A DNA stretch of 64,000 nucleotides from Promethearchaeota archaeon (GTDB lineage Archaea; Asgardarchaeota; Lokiarchaeia; Sigyniarchaeales; SOKP01), in the NCBI GenBank assembly GCA_019058365.1, contig JAHPZE010000002.1, positions 1 through 64,000 on the forward strand, in the 5' to 3' direction. Shown here one piece after another: positions 20,217 to 29,757 of the stretch. A model generated the notes under the pieces. It did no database searches and was not told where the DNA came from. It saw nothing but the letters and a program-made list of their open reading frames with translations. A program made the translations under genes and the position numbers. Numbering within the stretch: position 1 is the stretch's first letter; the number at the start of each line of letters is the position of its first letter.

Positions 20217-20939
20217 TTGCTAAAACAAATGGATTCAGCAAACTTGATCTTTGATGGAAATATAATAAAAAAAGCTTTATATCAATGTAATTCACCTCTA
20301 AGAATTTCCATAAAAGATAATTTTTTTACAAGTTCAGCTGTTCTTTTTTCAATAATTCCCTTTAAAGATAAACCATATGAATTAATTTTAATTCATCGTT
20401 CAGATAAGGGGATAAGACATAGAGGTGAAATGTCCTTCCCTGGAGGAAAATTTGACCCTCGATTAGATGGATCTTTACGAGATACTGCTCTAAGGGAAAC
20501 AGAAGAAGAAATAGGTGTGCCTCCTGAAAAAGTTAAAATATTAGGGTGCCTTGATGATTTTCCAACAATGACAAGATACATAATTACACCCTTTGTAGGA
20601 ATTATTGATAAAGATCAAAAATTAGTAAAAGATGACAGAGAAGTACAGGAAATTGTTAGAATTCCAATTGACTTTTTCACAAGTAAGATTAACTTTAAAG
20701 AACAAGCTGTTGATATTAATGGGAGTAAATTTCCTATATTTTATTTTAATTATACAAAAAAAGAAAACGGAAAAATCTTTACAGTGTGGGGTGCTACCAG
20801 TTACATGATTTCAAATTTTATTGAAAGAGTGTATGGTTATAATCTTTCAGAAATCAACTTAAAAAGATTTAAACTTGATAAAATAAAACTAATTAAAGAA
20901 TACATCAAATATAGAAACCAAATTACAAGTAAATTTTAA
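20217..20939 (+). CDS. Nudix hydrolase, CoA pyrophosphatase (NudL) type
   Basis: HRGEMSFPGG...TALRETEEEIG, VWGATS. Confidence 0.9.
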   Translation: MLKQMDSANLIFDGNIIKKALYQCNSPLRISIKDNFFTSSAVLFSIIPFKDKPYELILIHRSDKGIRHRGEMSFPGGKFDPRLDGSLRDTALRETEEEIGVPPEKVKILGCLDDFPTMTRYIITPFVGIIDKDQKLVKDDREVQEIVRIPIDFFTSKINFKEQAVDINGSKFPIFYFNYTKKENGKIFTVWGATSYMISNFIERVYGYNLSEINLKRFKLDKIKLIKEYIKYRNQITSKF

Positions 20940-20962
20940 AATGTAAAAAAGCAATAGTTTCA

Positions 20963-21115
20963 CTATCTGATTTTTTCTACTTTAGAAATATAGTCAGGAC
21001 AATTTCTGCAATTGGGAATTTTACATAAGAACTGAATTTTTGGGAGTCCGCATATTGGAAGAAATGGGCATTCTGTCAGCTCTAATTTAATTGTTAATTT
21101 TAGATCAATACTCAT
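20963..21115 (-). CDS. Small Cys-rich protein (50 aa)
   Basis: MSIDLKLTIKLELTECPFLPICGLPKIQFLCKIPNCRNCPDYISKVEKIR. Confidence 0.55.
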   Translation of the reverse strand: MSIDLKLTIKLELTECPFLPICGLPKIQFLCKIPNCRNCPDYISKVEKIR

Positions 21116-21322
21116 ATAATTTTCCCTTTTTCTAAAAAAATTATTTTAAAAAAAAATAACAATTTTGAATTTATAAAAAGAAAAACACTCAAAATTTAGT
21201 AATTCTTCATTCAAATTACTCTTATTTTAAAAGCGAACTTTAAAAAAACTTATAATATGTACACAATTGATTTTGCAAAAAATAATAGATATAAAATAAG
21301 ATAAAAAACTTATGAATATAAT

Positions 21323-22540
21323 ATGAAATATAGGAAAATGGGATCCCTTGGTTGGGATGTATCTGTTCTGGGATTTGGGGCAATGCGACTCCCTATGATT
21401 GATCAAACAACGGTAAATGAAGAAGAAGCTATTAAAATGCTTCGTTATGCTATAGATAATGGAGTAAATTATATTGATACTGCTTATCCTTACCATAATG
21501 GGGAAAGTGAAGTAATTGTGGGAAAAGCCCTCCAAAATGGTTATCGCGAGAAAGTTCATCTTACAACGAAATTACCCATCTGGTTAGTTAAGAAAAGGGA
21601 GGATTTTGATAAATTTCTTAGTGAACAGATTGAAAGATTACAAACTAAACCTGATATTTATCTTTTCCATGGTTTAACTAAAAGTCGACTAGAGAAAATC
21701 AAAAATCTTAATTTAATTGAAAAAATAGAGGATGCAAGGGAGGGAGGTTTATTTCAATATACAGGGTTTTCCTTTCATGATAATTTTGAAGTCTTTAAAG
21801 ATATACTCGATTATTATAATTGGGATTGTTGTCAAATTCAATTTAATTATCTTGACATTGATTATCAAGCAGGCATAAATGGAGTCAAATATGCCGGAAG
21901 TAAGAAAATTGCGTTAATAATTATGGAACCTATTCGTGGTGGGAAGTTGGCTATTCCGGAGAAGAAATTAGATACTAGATCAGAAATTAAAAATATTCTA
22001 GATAAATCAAAAGTTAAGAGATCTATGGCCGATTGGGCATTACAATTCGTCTGGAACCATTCTGAAGTTTCAGTTGTATTAAGTGGAATGAGTAATATGC
22101 AACAAGTTAAAGAAAATATCGAATCTGCTAATAAGGCTGTAAATAATAGTTTAATTGAAGAAGAAATGCAAACAATTTCTGAATTACGTAAAGTTTATGA
22201 TAAATACGATCTTGTCCCCTGTACTAGTTGTAGATATTGCTTACCATGTCCAAATGGAGTATCTATTCCATGGGTTTTTAGACTTTTAAATGATCTAGGA
22301 TATTGGGGCGAAGACAGTAAAGTTAGAATTTCATTTTTTTATGATAGGATGGCAAAAACTCCAGAAGAATTGGAAAAAAGGCTTTCTGAAGAAGAAGAAG
22401 TTGAAGGAGCGGCAAGTTTATGTATTCAGTGTGGTGAGTGTCTTGAAAAATGCCCTCAACAAATTGATATCCCTGATATTATGAAGAAAGCTAATGGAAT
22501 TTTTGAAGAAGGGAAAGAGATCTCAGAACTTTTCTTTTAA
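21323..22540 (+). CDS. Aldo/keto reductase with C-terminal 4Fe-4S domain
   Basis: SVLGFGAMRLP, NYIDTAYPY, IMEPIRGG, CTSCRYCLPCP, CIQCGECLEKCP. Confidence 0.92.
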   Translation: MKYRKMGSLGWDVSVLGFGAMRLPMIDQTTVNEEEAIKMLRYAIDNGVNYIDTAYPYHNGESEVIVGKALQNGYREKVHLTTKLPIWLVKKREDFDKFLSEQIERLQTKPDIYLFHGLTKSRLEKIKNLNLIEKIEDAREGGLFQYTGFSFHDNFEVFKDILDYYNWDCCQIQFNYLDIDYQAGINGVKYAGSKKIALIIMEPIRGGKLAIPEKKLDTRSEIKNILDKSKVKRSMADWALQFVWNHSEVSVVLSGMSNMQQVKENIESANKAVNNSLIEEEMQTISELRKVYDKYDLVPCTSCRYCLPCPNGVSIPWVFRLLNDLGYWGEDSKVRISFFYDRMAKTPEELEKRLSEEEEVEGAASLCIQCGECLEKCPQQIDIPDIMKKANGIFEEGKEISELFF

Positions 22541-22629
22541 TTTTCCTTAATATTACAGTACCATTATTTATAATCAAAAATTTCTTTTAGAAAGATAAGT
22601 AATTTGAATTAAAAATAAATTTTGCGTAT

Positions 22630-22655
22630 GGCTCCTTGACGGTTAGAGTGGTCAC
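22630..22655 (+). repeat. Degenerate copy of the spliced 5' end of tRNA-Sec (att-like scar)
   Basis: GGCTCCTTGACGGTTAGAGTGGTCAC versus mature tRNA-Sec GGC-CCTTGACGGTCGGAGTGGTCTC. Confidence 0.65.
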
Positions 22656-22908
22656 CCTTTATCTAAATAATATTAATAATACTCAACATTTTTGGAAAGA
22701 ATTCCTAAAAAGACGTGATTTTATAAAATATAAAGGTATAGAATCCTTTATTAGAACCTATTATCCTGATATCGTCACACGATTTTATAAAGATGTTCCA
22801 AGAGGTCAGCTGAAATCTGCAATCAAATAAATGATTCAAAATTGGATTAATGATGGAAATCCAATACCTATACTTCCGAAGTATTTACAAAATCTTCTTA
22901 TTCATTAA
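22656..22908 (+). pseudogene. Gene fragment of unknown origin with one internal stop
   Basis: The 22636-22830 frame continues in frame after TAA (MIQNWINDGNPIPILPKYLQNLLIH); no proper 5' end. Confidence 0.4.
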
Positions 22909-23028
22909 AAAAATGATTGGATATGAATATAATATGCAGATAAAAAGAGAAATTTATTAAAAAAGTTTCAAATTTTAAAATATAAACAGTAAATTTCTTT
23001 TAGAACTGTATACTTTATTACTCAAAAT

Positions 23029-23185
23029 GGCCCTTGACGGTCGGAATTGCTTTTAGATCGTATCGATCTGCAACGATAAGTGGTCTCTGACGCTGGGCTT
23101 CAAACCCAGTTATCCTGCGGAGGGGTAGGAGTTCGATAACGGTTAGAAATAATCTGATCTTCGAAAATCTCCTCGAGGGCCGCCA
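23029..23185 (+). tRNA. selC: tRNA-Sec (UCA) with two BHB introns (23046-23079 in the D-arm; 23138-23167 in the T-loop); CCA encoded; 93 nt mature
   Basis: 9-bp acceptor GGCCCTTGA/TCGAGGGCC, 7-bp D-stem with TGGT loop after splicing, 6-bp anticodon stem with TCA at 23100-23102, long variable arm, 4-bp T-stem, G73; directly upstream of SepSecS. Confidence 0.95.
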
Positions 23186-23218
23186 TTATATCAAAAAAAT
23201 AATTACATTGTGTTTTCA

Positions 23219-24580
23219 ATGGTTGACTTTAACAAAATTATTGAATTTTTTGAAACTTTGAATATTCCTGAAAATATGCTTAAGAGAGGACAACTTGTTT
23301 TAAATGAGTTCATGAATCCAATAAAAATTTTATTTGAACAAAGATCTGTACCTAATAAACCTTGGACTGATGAACAAATCGAATTCTTACTTCAAACACT
23401 TTCAAATATGGATACAGATAAAGATATTAATGCTGCTAGAGTAGGTGAAAGAGAAGGAAGAATCGCTTCAAAATTACATTTAAGAACGTCAGCAGGATTC
23501 TGCCATGGTGTGGGAAGAAGTGGATTTTTAACAGCACCTCAACCTAAGGCACCTGGTGGATCAATAATGTATGAACTTTCTAATTACTTAGCTCGTAATA
23601 TTTTAAGAAATACGGGATTACCAAACATAAAGGAGGCAATTGTAGTCCCGTTATGTACGGGAATGTCTTTATCTTTAGCATTGAGCGCTTTAAAATTTAG
23701 TAAGAGTGAAAGAGAATTGAATCATAAAAGAACAGTCTTAGTTCCTCAAGTAGATCATAAATCTCTTTTAAAAGCGATTGATTTTGCAGGTTTTAAAGCA
23801 AAAATTATTCCCGGACAGATTTTTGGAGATGCGGTTAGGATTCCAATAGATGATATAAAAAATCATTTTGATAATGACTGTTTTGCTATCATCTCAATTA
23901 CTAGTTTTTTTCCCCCTCGTGAACATGATAATATTAAAGAAATAAGTAAATTCGCTCAAGAAAAGAATCTTGTACATATCGTTATAAACGCATACGGGGT
24001 TCAAAGCCCAGAATGGATGAAATTAATTCGTTCTGCAATTGATGCAGGGAAGATAGACGCAATAATTCAATCAACAGATAAAAATTTCCTTACTCCTATA
24101 GGTGGAGCTGTAATAGCATCACCGTTAAAAGAAAATATAACTAAAATCAGCCAAGCATACGCGGGTCGCGCCTCAGCCACACCTATTGTGAATTTCTTAA
24201 TTTCAATGTTATCAATAGGAATAAAGGGTTATCAAAAACTACTCAAAGAACAACAACATAATCGTGAAATTCTCGAAAGAAAATTAAGGGAAATTGCTGA
24301 AAAACTAAATGAAAGAATTCTTGATATATATAATCCCGTTGCTGTAGCACTATCATTACAAAATCTAAGTGAAAAAAAATTGTATGCCCTTGGTGGAGCA
24401 TTGTATAACTTAAGAGTAACAGGACCAAGAGTATATAACCCAAAAGAAAACCCATTTGGAACATGTTGTAGCAATTATCCAACCCCATATATCGTAATGA
24501 ATGCTGCAATTGGAGCATCAGAAAAAGATATCATTTCTGCTGTCGAGAGATTTGAAAAAGCATATAACCAAATAGAATAA
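23219..24580 (+). CDS. spcS: O-phosphoseryl-tRNA(Sec) selenium transferase SepSecS
   Basis: GEREGR, HGVGRSG.LTAPQPKAPG, TGMSL, NAYGVQ, QSTDKNF (PLP Lys), YAGRASA. Confidence 0.96.
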   Translation: MVDFNKIIEFFETLNIPENMLKRGQLVLNEFMNPIKILFEQRSVPNKPWTDEQIEFLLQTLSNMDTDKDINAARVGEREGRIASKLHLRTSAGFCHGVGRSGFLTAPQPKAPGGSIMYELSNYLARNILRNTGLPNIKEAIVVPLCTGMSLSLALSALKFSKSERELNHKRTVLVPQVDHKSLLKAIDFAGFKAKIIPGQIFGDAVRIPIDDIKNHFDNDCFAIISITSFFPPREHDNIKEISKFAQEKNLVHIVINAYGVQSPEWMKLIRSAIDAGKIDAIIQSTDKNFLTPIGGAVIASPLKENITKISQAYAGRASATPIVNFLISMLSIGIKGYQKLLKEQQHNREILERKLREIAEKLNERILDIYNPVAVALSLQNLSEKKLYALGGALYNLRVTGPRVYNPKENPFGTCCSNYPTPYIVMNAAIGASEKDIISAVERFEKAYNQIE

Positions 24581-24706
24581 TAATAAATTTAAAACAAATA
24601 TTTTGATGTTCTATTTAAACAGAAATAAAAATAAATAAAAACTAGAAGTTCTATATTTTAATAAAAATTATACGAACAATACTAAATCGACAGAAAGGGA
24701 TTCATA

Positions 24707-25387
24707 ATGGAAAACCGGCTACTAAACCAATTTAATAATGTCATTACTTCTCAATGGCTTTCTAAACAAATAGAAGAGCCATATAGTCCTTTAATTCCTC
24801 GAGAATTGTTTGAAATCGCATATCACACATGTAATTCCGTGACTATGAGAAATATTTATATAAAACAATCTTCAAGTGAAGAACAAGGTGGTTCTAAAGC
24901 AGTTTTATATTCGAATAACAAAAAATTTATAGCAATAGAAGGTTTAGAAAATTCTTTAAAAATTACAAAATATTTTAACGAAGAAACTACTGGTGATAAA
25001 ATTGTAACAGAAATTCAACCGCTACTTACAAAACGAAAAGCGAATTTTACCTCTAAGGATGCAGAAATAAAAATTCAGATTTTAAAAAGCATTTTGGTTG
25101 AGAGAAAACTCGATGAATGTGTAAATTTAGTATTCTTAAAAGGTATAAATCGAAAAATATATTTTGCTATTGGGGATGCTAGAGAATCAGCAGCTGTCGT
25201 TCCAATATTTATGGAAGCTGAAGGCGCCAGTTTGGTTCAATTAGCTTTAAATAAGTGGATGGAAACAGCTCAGAGACTAGAACAAGAACATAATTTTCCT
25301 GATAATCTTGTTCCCGGTATTCTCAAAAATCTTACCCAGATAAAGAAATGGCTCCTTGATTTAATTAGTACATTTCTAGATAAATAA
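24707..25387 (+). CDS. Hypothetical protein
   Basis: 226-aa ORF, host-like composition, no recognised motif. Confidence 0.75.
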   Translation: MENRLLNQFNNVITSQWLSKQIEEPYSPLIPRELFEIAYHTCNSVTMRNIYIKQSSSEEQGGSKAVLYSNNKKFIAIEGLENSLKITKYFNEETTGDKIVTEIQPLLTKRKANFTSKDAEIKIQILKSILVERKLDECVNLVFLKGINRKIYFAIGDARESAAVVPIFMEAEGASLVQLALNKWMETAQRLEQEHNFPDNLVPGILKNLTQIKKWLLDLISTFLDK

Positions 25388-25518
25388 GTATTTTTTCTTC
25401 AAGAATTATTTTTGACTTACATCTAAGAATATATTAATTGAAAACATATTAAAGTAATATTTAGGTGTATAAAGAAAATCGTAAAATAGATGTTTCACGA
25501 TCAAAAAAAATAAAAATA

Positions 25519-25694
25519 TGGGCCATCGGGGAATTGAACCCCGGATCTCAGGTTTTTACTATATACGGACATTTCTAATTTTTTGTCTGTCCGTTGGCCA
25601 TTTATAAGACCTGCGCTTGTTGACCAAGCTTGTAAACCTGTTAACCATTTCAGTTTAGGAAAGAAACCTTCGAAAAGAGCTGAGCTAATGGCCC
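25519..25694 (-). tRNA. tRNA-Ile (UAU) with three BHB introns (25677-25648, 25641-25619, 25601-25554); 75 nt mature without CCA
   Basis: Spliced: GGGCCAT TA GCTC AGCTTGGTTA AAGC G CAGGT CTTATAA ACCTG AGATC CGGGG TTCAATT CCCCG ATGGCCC A; anticodon TAT at 25606-25604; A73. Confidence 0.9.
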
Positions 25695-25872
25695 TGCGAA
25701 ACTATTATATAAGGTACTTTATTTTAAACTTTAAAACATTGTACTTTACTATCTCAAAAGGTATAAAAAGATAAAAATTTTTTTATTGGTGTAATCTGTT
25801 ATATTTATAATTGATATGATAAATAGAGACATTTTTATATTAATAAAAAAAACTTGAAAAAGTTGAATTCTT

Positions 25873-26286
25873 ATGGCTGAAATGTTAACGGATCTCCTTC
25901 AAAATATCTACAAACGGATTGCTCAACTTGGATCCGCAATACAAGAGCTTAAAACATCTCTAGATGGGCTTAATCAAAACATAGAAGATAAAATTTCAAA
26001 TTTAACTGGAAAATTAGAAGAATTTTCTAATGAAATTTTTGTTACTCAAACTAAACATATTGATGTAGTAAAAGAAATTGGAGCAGGAACAACTAAGGAA
26101 TTAAAAGTGATTCAAGAAGGCTTAGGATTGGATGCTCTTACTAATTTAATTAAAAAGCTTGAGGATTTTTCTAAATTATCTGAAAGTGTTCTTAATCAAG
26201 ATACTGTAAATTTATTATTATCTGAAGCGATCGATTCTGTTAAAAGCCTTAAAGAATCTATTAAAGAAGAAGAGGTATTAGAATAA
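25873..26286 (+). CDS. All-helical coiled-coil protein
   Basis: Continuous heptad pattern, no prolines. Confidence 0.75.
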   Translation: MAEMLTDLLQNIYKRIAQLGSAIQELKTSLDGLNQNIEDKISNLTGKLEEFSNEIFVTQTKHIDVVKEIGAGTTKELKVIQEGLGLDALTNLIKKLEDFSKLSESVLNQDTVNLLLSEAIDSVKSLKESIKEEEVLE

Positions 26287-26308
26287 AATATCTTAAAATC
26301 ATGATTAG

Positions 26309-26740
26309 GTGAGAAAATTGGCAGAAAAACTACTTGAAGAAATGATTCAAAAGATAAATCAAATTATGGCTTCACTAGACGGAACAATAGCTCAAATTAA
26401 CCAAATGAGGGGAGCAATTAATCAAATGAGTCAAAATTTCTCTGAACAGACAGTTGCTATGACAGAAAATATTAGATTAATCGTAGAAGTCTTAAAACAA
26501 TTCAGGGTTCAATCTGGTAAAAGTCTTCAGGAACTTTCAGATGATTTTAACCACCAAATAAAAGAGCTTTGGGATAAAAAGGCTATTGAAGCCATAACTG
26601 AAGAAGAAAAGAAGGCTATAGAGATTATAAGACAAGCTTCGAAAACAGTAGCAGACAATCTATATTTTGCTCAATTACTAAACATAATCTCCTCGATTAG
26701 AGAAGAAACTAATAGAATTATTAGTGCAAGTCAATTATAA
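26309..26740 (+). CDS. All-helical coiled-coil protein, similar in architecture to the upstream gene
   Basis: Heptad pattern; similar N-terminus (LAEKLLEEMIQKI versus MAEMLTDLLQNIYKRI). Confidence 0.75.
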   Translation: MRKLAEKLLEEMIQKINQIMASLDGTIAQINQMRGAINQMSQNFSEQTVAMTENIRLIVEVLKQFRVQSGKSLQELSDDFNHQIKELWDKKAIEAITEEEKKAIEIIRQASKTVADNLYFAQLLNIISSIREETNRIISASQL

Positions 26741-26810
26741 AATTATAAAATTTTATTATTTTAACATTTATATTAATTTAAAAAAATTAACCGAAAATAG
26801 ATGATTAAAT

Positions 26811-27716
26811 ATGCCATCAGGCTGTTTTGTAATATTGCTTCCAACTGATTCTGATTATAAGATAATGGGGTATTATTTTAAAGAAGGAAAAATAGATTTT
26901 GAAATTTCAAATGATTTGTTTCTTAGATTAAATCTTGATCACTCAAAAAATGAGTATAATTTGTTAAAAATAAAGGATCTTCAAATTTTTTCATATATTT
27001 ACAAATTCAAAGGAAAAATAACGCGTAAAGCATATGGAATTATAATAGGGTTATTCTTAAATGAGAACGATAAACCAGAGAAATTTCGTTCATCTCTTAA
27101 AGAAGCGGCAGAAGCCTTTGAGATTCCAAGTCTTCATATTCTTACGAAATCAAGAGAAGAATTTGAAATAATATTAAAGGATGTATATCTGGAGCATTTA
27201 GAACCGTTAATTGATATTCTTCAACCTGAAGCGTTAAAAGATAGTATTATTAACATAACTAAATTTATGCTAAGTGGTGAGAAACAAGAAAGAAAAATCG
27301 CTCAAGATCTTGTACAGAAGATTGAAAACGGAGAACATACAAAAATTTCAGAAAACTACAAAATAGCTGAAAAGGCAGTAAAAGCTTTAGATTATGAAAA
27401 AGCAGCTAAATTTTACAATAAAGCAGCTGAAATCGCAGAAAGCCTCTATATAATGGATATAGCTACTTCACTTAAAGAAAAAGGTGATTTCTCTCAACGA
27501 ATTCCTGAATTGTCTAAAGAAAGGGAAAGAATTGTACAAGAAGCCAGAAATGCTCTTAGAAATGAAGATTTTCATACCGCTTATACCTCTTATAGAAAAG
27601 CAGGTGATATTTCTAAAAAATTGGTCCAATTCGATAAAGAGGAGGAATACAGATTAAAATCAAAAGCACTAGAAGATTTTTATAATATCGATCAAAAATA
27701 TAGAAAAAATAAATAA
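26811..27716 (+). CDS. Protein with longin-like alpha/beta N-domain and TPR-like C-terminal helices
   Basis: beta-beta-alpha-beta-beta-beta-alpha pattern; AxxAxxxxDYEKAAxFYxKAAEI repeats. Confidence 0.55.
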   Translation: MPSGCFVILLPTDSDYKIMGYYFKEGKIDFEISNDLFLRLNLDHSKNEYNLLKIKDLQIFSYIYKFKGKITRKAYGIIIGLFLNENDKPEKFRSSLKEAAEAFEIPSLHILTKSREEFEIILKDVYLEHLEPLIDILQPEALKDSIINITKFMLSGEKQERKIAQDLVQKIENGEHTKISENYKIAEKAVKALDYEKAAKFYNKAAEIAESLYIMDIATSLKEKGDFSQRIPELSKERERIVQEARNALRNEDFHTAYTSYRKAGDISKKLVQFDKEEEYRLKSKALEDFYNIDQKYRKNK

Positions 27717-27776
27717 ATTCCAGTTTCTTTATTTGTTATAAATATTTCTTATTAAATATCTTGTTTTCCTCTTGAA

Positions 27777-28607
27777 ATGGTAGATTTCAATCAAAAAATA
27801 ATATGCTTAATAACTGATTTTGGCTCAAAAGGTCAACATTATATAGCTAGTATGAAAGCAGTTATATTAAGTGTTAATCCTAATATAAGAATAATAGATC
27901 TTTCGCATAATATTGCTCCATATTCAATAATAGAAGCTTCTTATGTATTAAAAACAACCTATAAATATTTTCCTGAAGGAACAGTTTTTATAGTCGTAGT
28001 TGATCCCGGAGTTGGAAGTTCTCGTGAAATTTTGGTATTAAAAACGCAATCAAACTACTATTTTATCGGGCCTAATAATGGAATATTTTCTCATATTTTT
28101 ACTAATAGCATTGCTGAGTGTAGAAAAATTCAAAATGATTTATTTTTTAATAAACCAATTTCAAATACATTTCATGGAAGAGATATTATGGCTCCAATAG
28201 GTGCACATTTATTATCTGGGATTCCACTGCAAGAATTCGGTCCTGCTTTTGATCTTACTAAACTACAAGAATTTAAGCTTACACATGATGTTGATATTAA
28301 AAACCAAGTTATTCAATGCTCAATTCAATATATTGACTCTTTTGGAAATGGAACAACTAATATTCAATTAGTAAATAATACCATCAAAGATAGTAGATTT
28401 ATAATAAATGAAGGTCAAGAGATTAATGTTAAATTTAAGGAAAAATCATATAAAGGATTCTTTACTTCACACTTTTCAAGTGTTCCCATTAAATCACTTT
28501 TATTTATTGTTGGATCAACTGGTTTTCTTGAACTTTCAATTAATCAAGGAAATGCCTCTAAGAAATTGGGTTTTTCAGTAGGAGATATTTTAACTTTAAG
28601 GTTATAA
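27777..28607 (+). CDS. SAM hydroxide adenosyltransferase / chlorinase-fluorinase family (DUF62)
   Basis: LITDFG, VVVDPGVGSSR, GPNNG, SNTFHGRDIMAP, IDSFGN, LELSINQG. Confidence 0.93.
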   Translation: MVDFNQKIICLITDFGSKGQHYIASMKAVILSVNPNIRIIDLSHNIAPYSIIEASYVLKTTYKYFPEGTVFIVVVDPGVGSSREILVLKTQSNYYFIGPNNGIFSHIFTNSIAECRKIQNDLFFNKPISNTFHGRDIMAPIGAHLLSGIPLQEFGPAFDLTKLQEFKLTHDVDIKNQVIQCSIQYIDSFGNGTTNIQLVNNTIKDSRFIINEGQEINVKFKEKSYKGFFTSHFSSVPIKSLLFIVGSTGFLELSINQGNASKKLGFSVGDILTLRL

Positions 28608-28623
28608 AGAGAAGAGTATAGAT

Positions 28624-29757
28624 ATGGATAAAGAAATATTGGCTTGTATTGATAAAAAAAATAAAAAATTTTTACAAACTGGTCAGATTTCTAAATATAT
28701 CTTTCCAATGGAAAGAACAGAGGCTCATAAGAAAAATGTAAGCCATTTAATTACAAGGTTTTTTATTTTATCAATAGCACCAGATGGTACGATATCATAT
28801 TTAGTACAAAAACGCGGAAAAAATAAAAAAGCATTCCCAGACTATTTTACTGATTCATCTTCTGGACATATAAATTGGGCGATAAATTTAGATCTAATTA
28901 AAATTAAGAAAAATGCGTTAAGAGAACTTGAAGAAGAATTTGGAATTCCTCCAAGAGAAGTTCAGAAGGTAATATTTTATGATTTAAATACTGAAAGTGA
29001 TGAAATAGCATACATTTTTTTAGGGATTGTTGATTGGAATGTTCCTTTACGTCCGGATCAGAACGAGTTAGATGTTAGATTTAGTAGATTCTATACTAAA
29101 ACTGAGCTTGAAAAATTGTTGGAAAAAGAAAAATGTATAGATTACTCAAAAAAAATTTGGGAAAAACTCTTAAATGCAAATATTTCATCTCTCTTCGAGA
29201 AAAAAATAGAACAATCTATTGAAAAAAAAAATGGAATTGCGCTTTTTATTGGAAGATTTCAGCCTTTGCATCATGGACACATTTATGTTATAAAACAAAT
29301 TTTAAAGTCTAAAAAAAAAATTAAAATTGGAATAGGTAGCTCTCAATTATCCCATACTATAAATGATCCATTTACAAGTGATGAAAGAAAAATGTTCATC
29401 AAAAAGGCCTTACAAAAAAGAGGTATCTCCTCTCAACGGTTTACAATATATAATATCCAGGACATTTATAATGCTAAAAAATGGGTTGATCATGTTATCT
29501 CAATTGTAGGAGAATTTGATTCAGTTTATACTAATAGTGATTGGGTCAGAGAATTGTTTTTTGATAAGGGAATTAAAGTTGAGAAAAAAATAACTATATT
29601 TAAAAAGCATTTCAATGCTAACAATATTAGGAATTTAATCAACAAGAATGATAAAAAATGGAAAACACTAGTACCTAAAGAAGTAGTTCAGCTAATTGAA
29701 AAATTTAATGGTATCAATCGAATTAAATCATTAAATGATAAAAGTAATACTCCATGA
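28624..29757 (+). CDS. Nudix (IDI-like) domain fused N-terminally to NMN adenylyltransferase
   Basis: QKRG..K.AFP, SSGH, ALRELEEEFGI; C-terminal FIGRFQPLHHGH, GIGSSQ, DPFTSDER. Confidence 0.88.
   Translation: MDKEILACIDKKNKKFLQTGQISKYIFPMERTEAHKKNVSHLITRFFILSIAPDGTISYLVQKRGKNKKAFPDYFTDSSSGHINWAINLDLIKIKKNALRELEEEFGIPPREVQKVIFYDLNTESDEIAYIFLGIVDWNVPLRPDQNELDVRFSRFYTKTELEKLLEKEKCIDYSKKIWEKLLNANISSLFEKKIEQSIEKKNGIALFIGRFQPLHHGHIYVIKQILKSKKKIKIGIGSSQLSHTINDPFTSDERKMFIKKALQKRGISSQRFTIYNIQDIYNAKKWVDHVISIVGEFDSVYTNSDWVRELFFDKGIKVEKKITIFKKHFNANNIRNLINKNDKKWKTLVPKEVVQLIEKFNGINRIKSLNDKSNTP

Noticed and set aside
25583-25774. 63-aa ORF on the + strand
   Set aside because: Antisense to the intron-containing tRNA-Ile gene.
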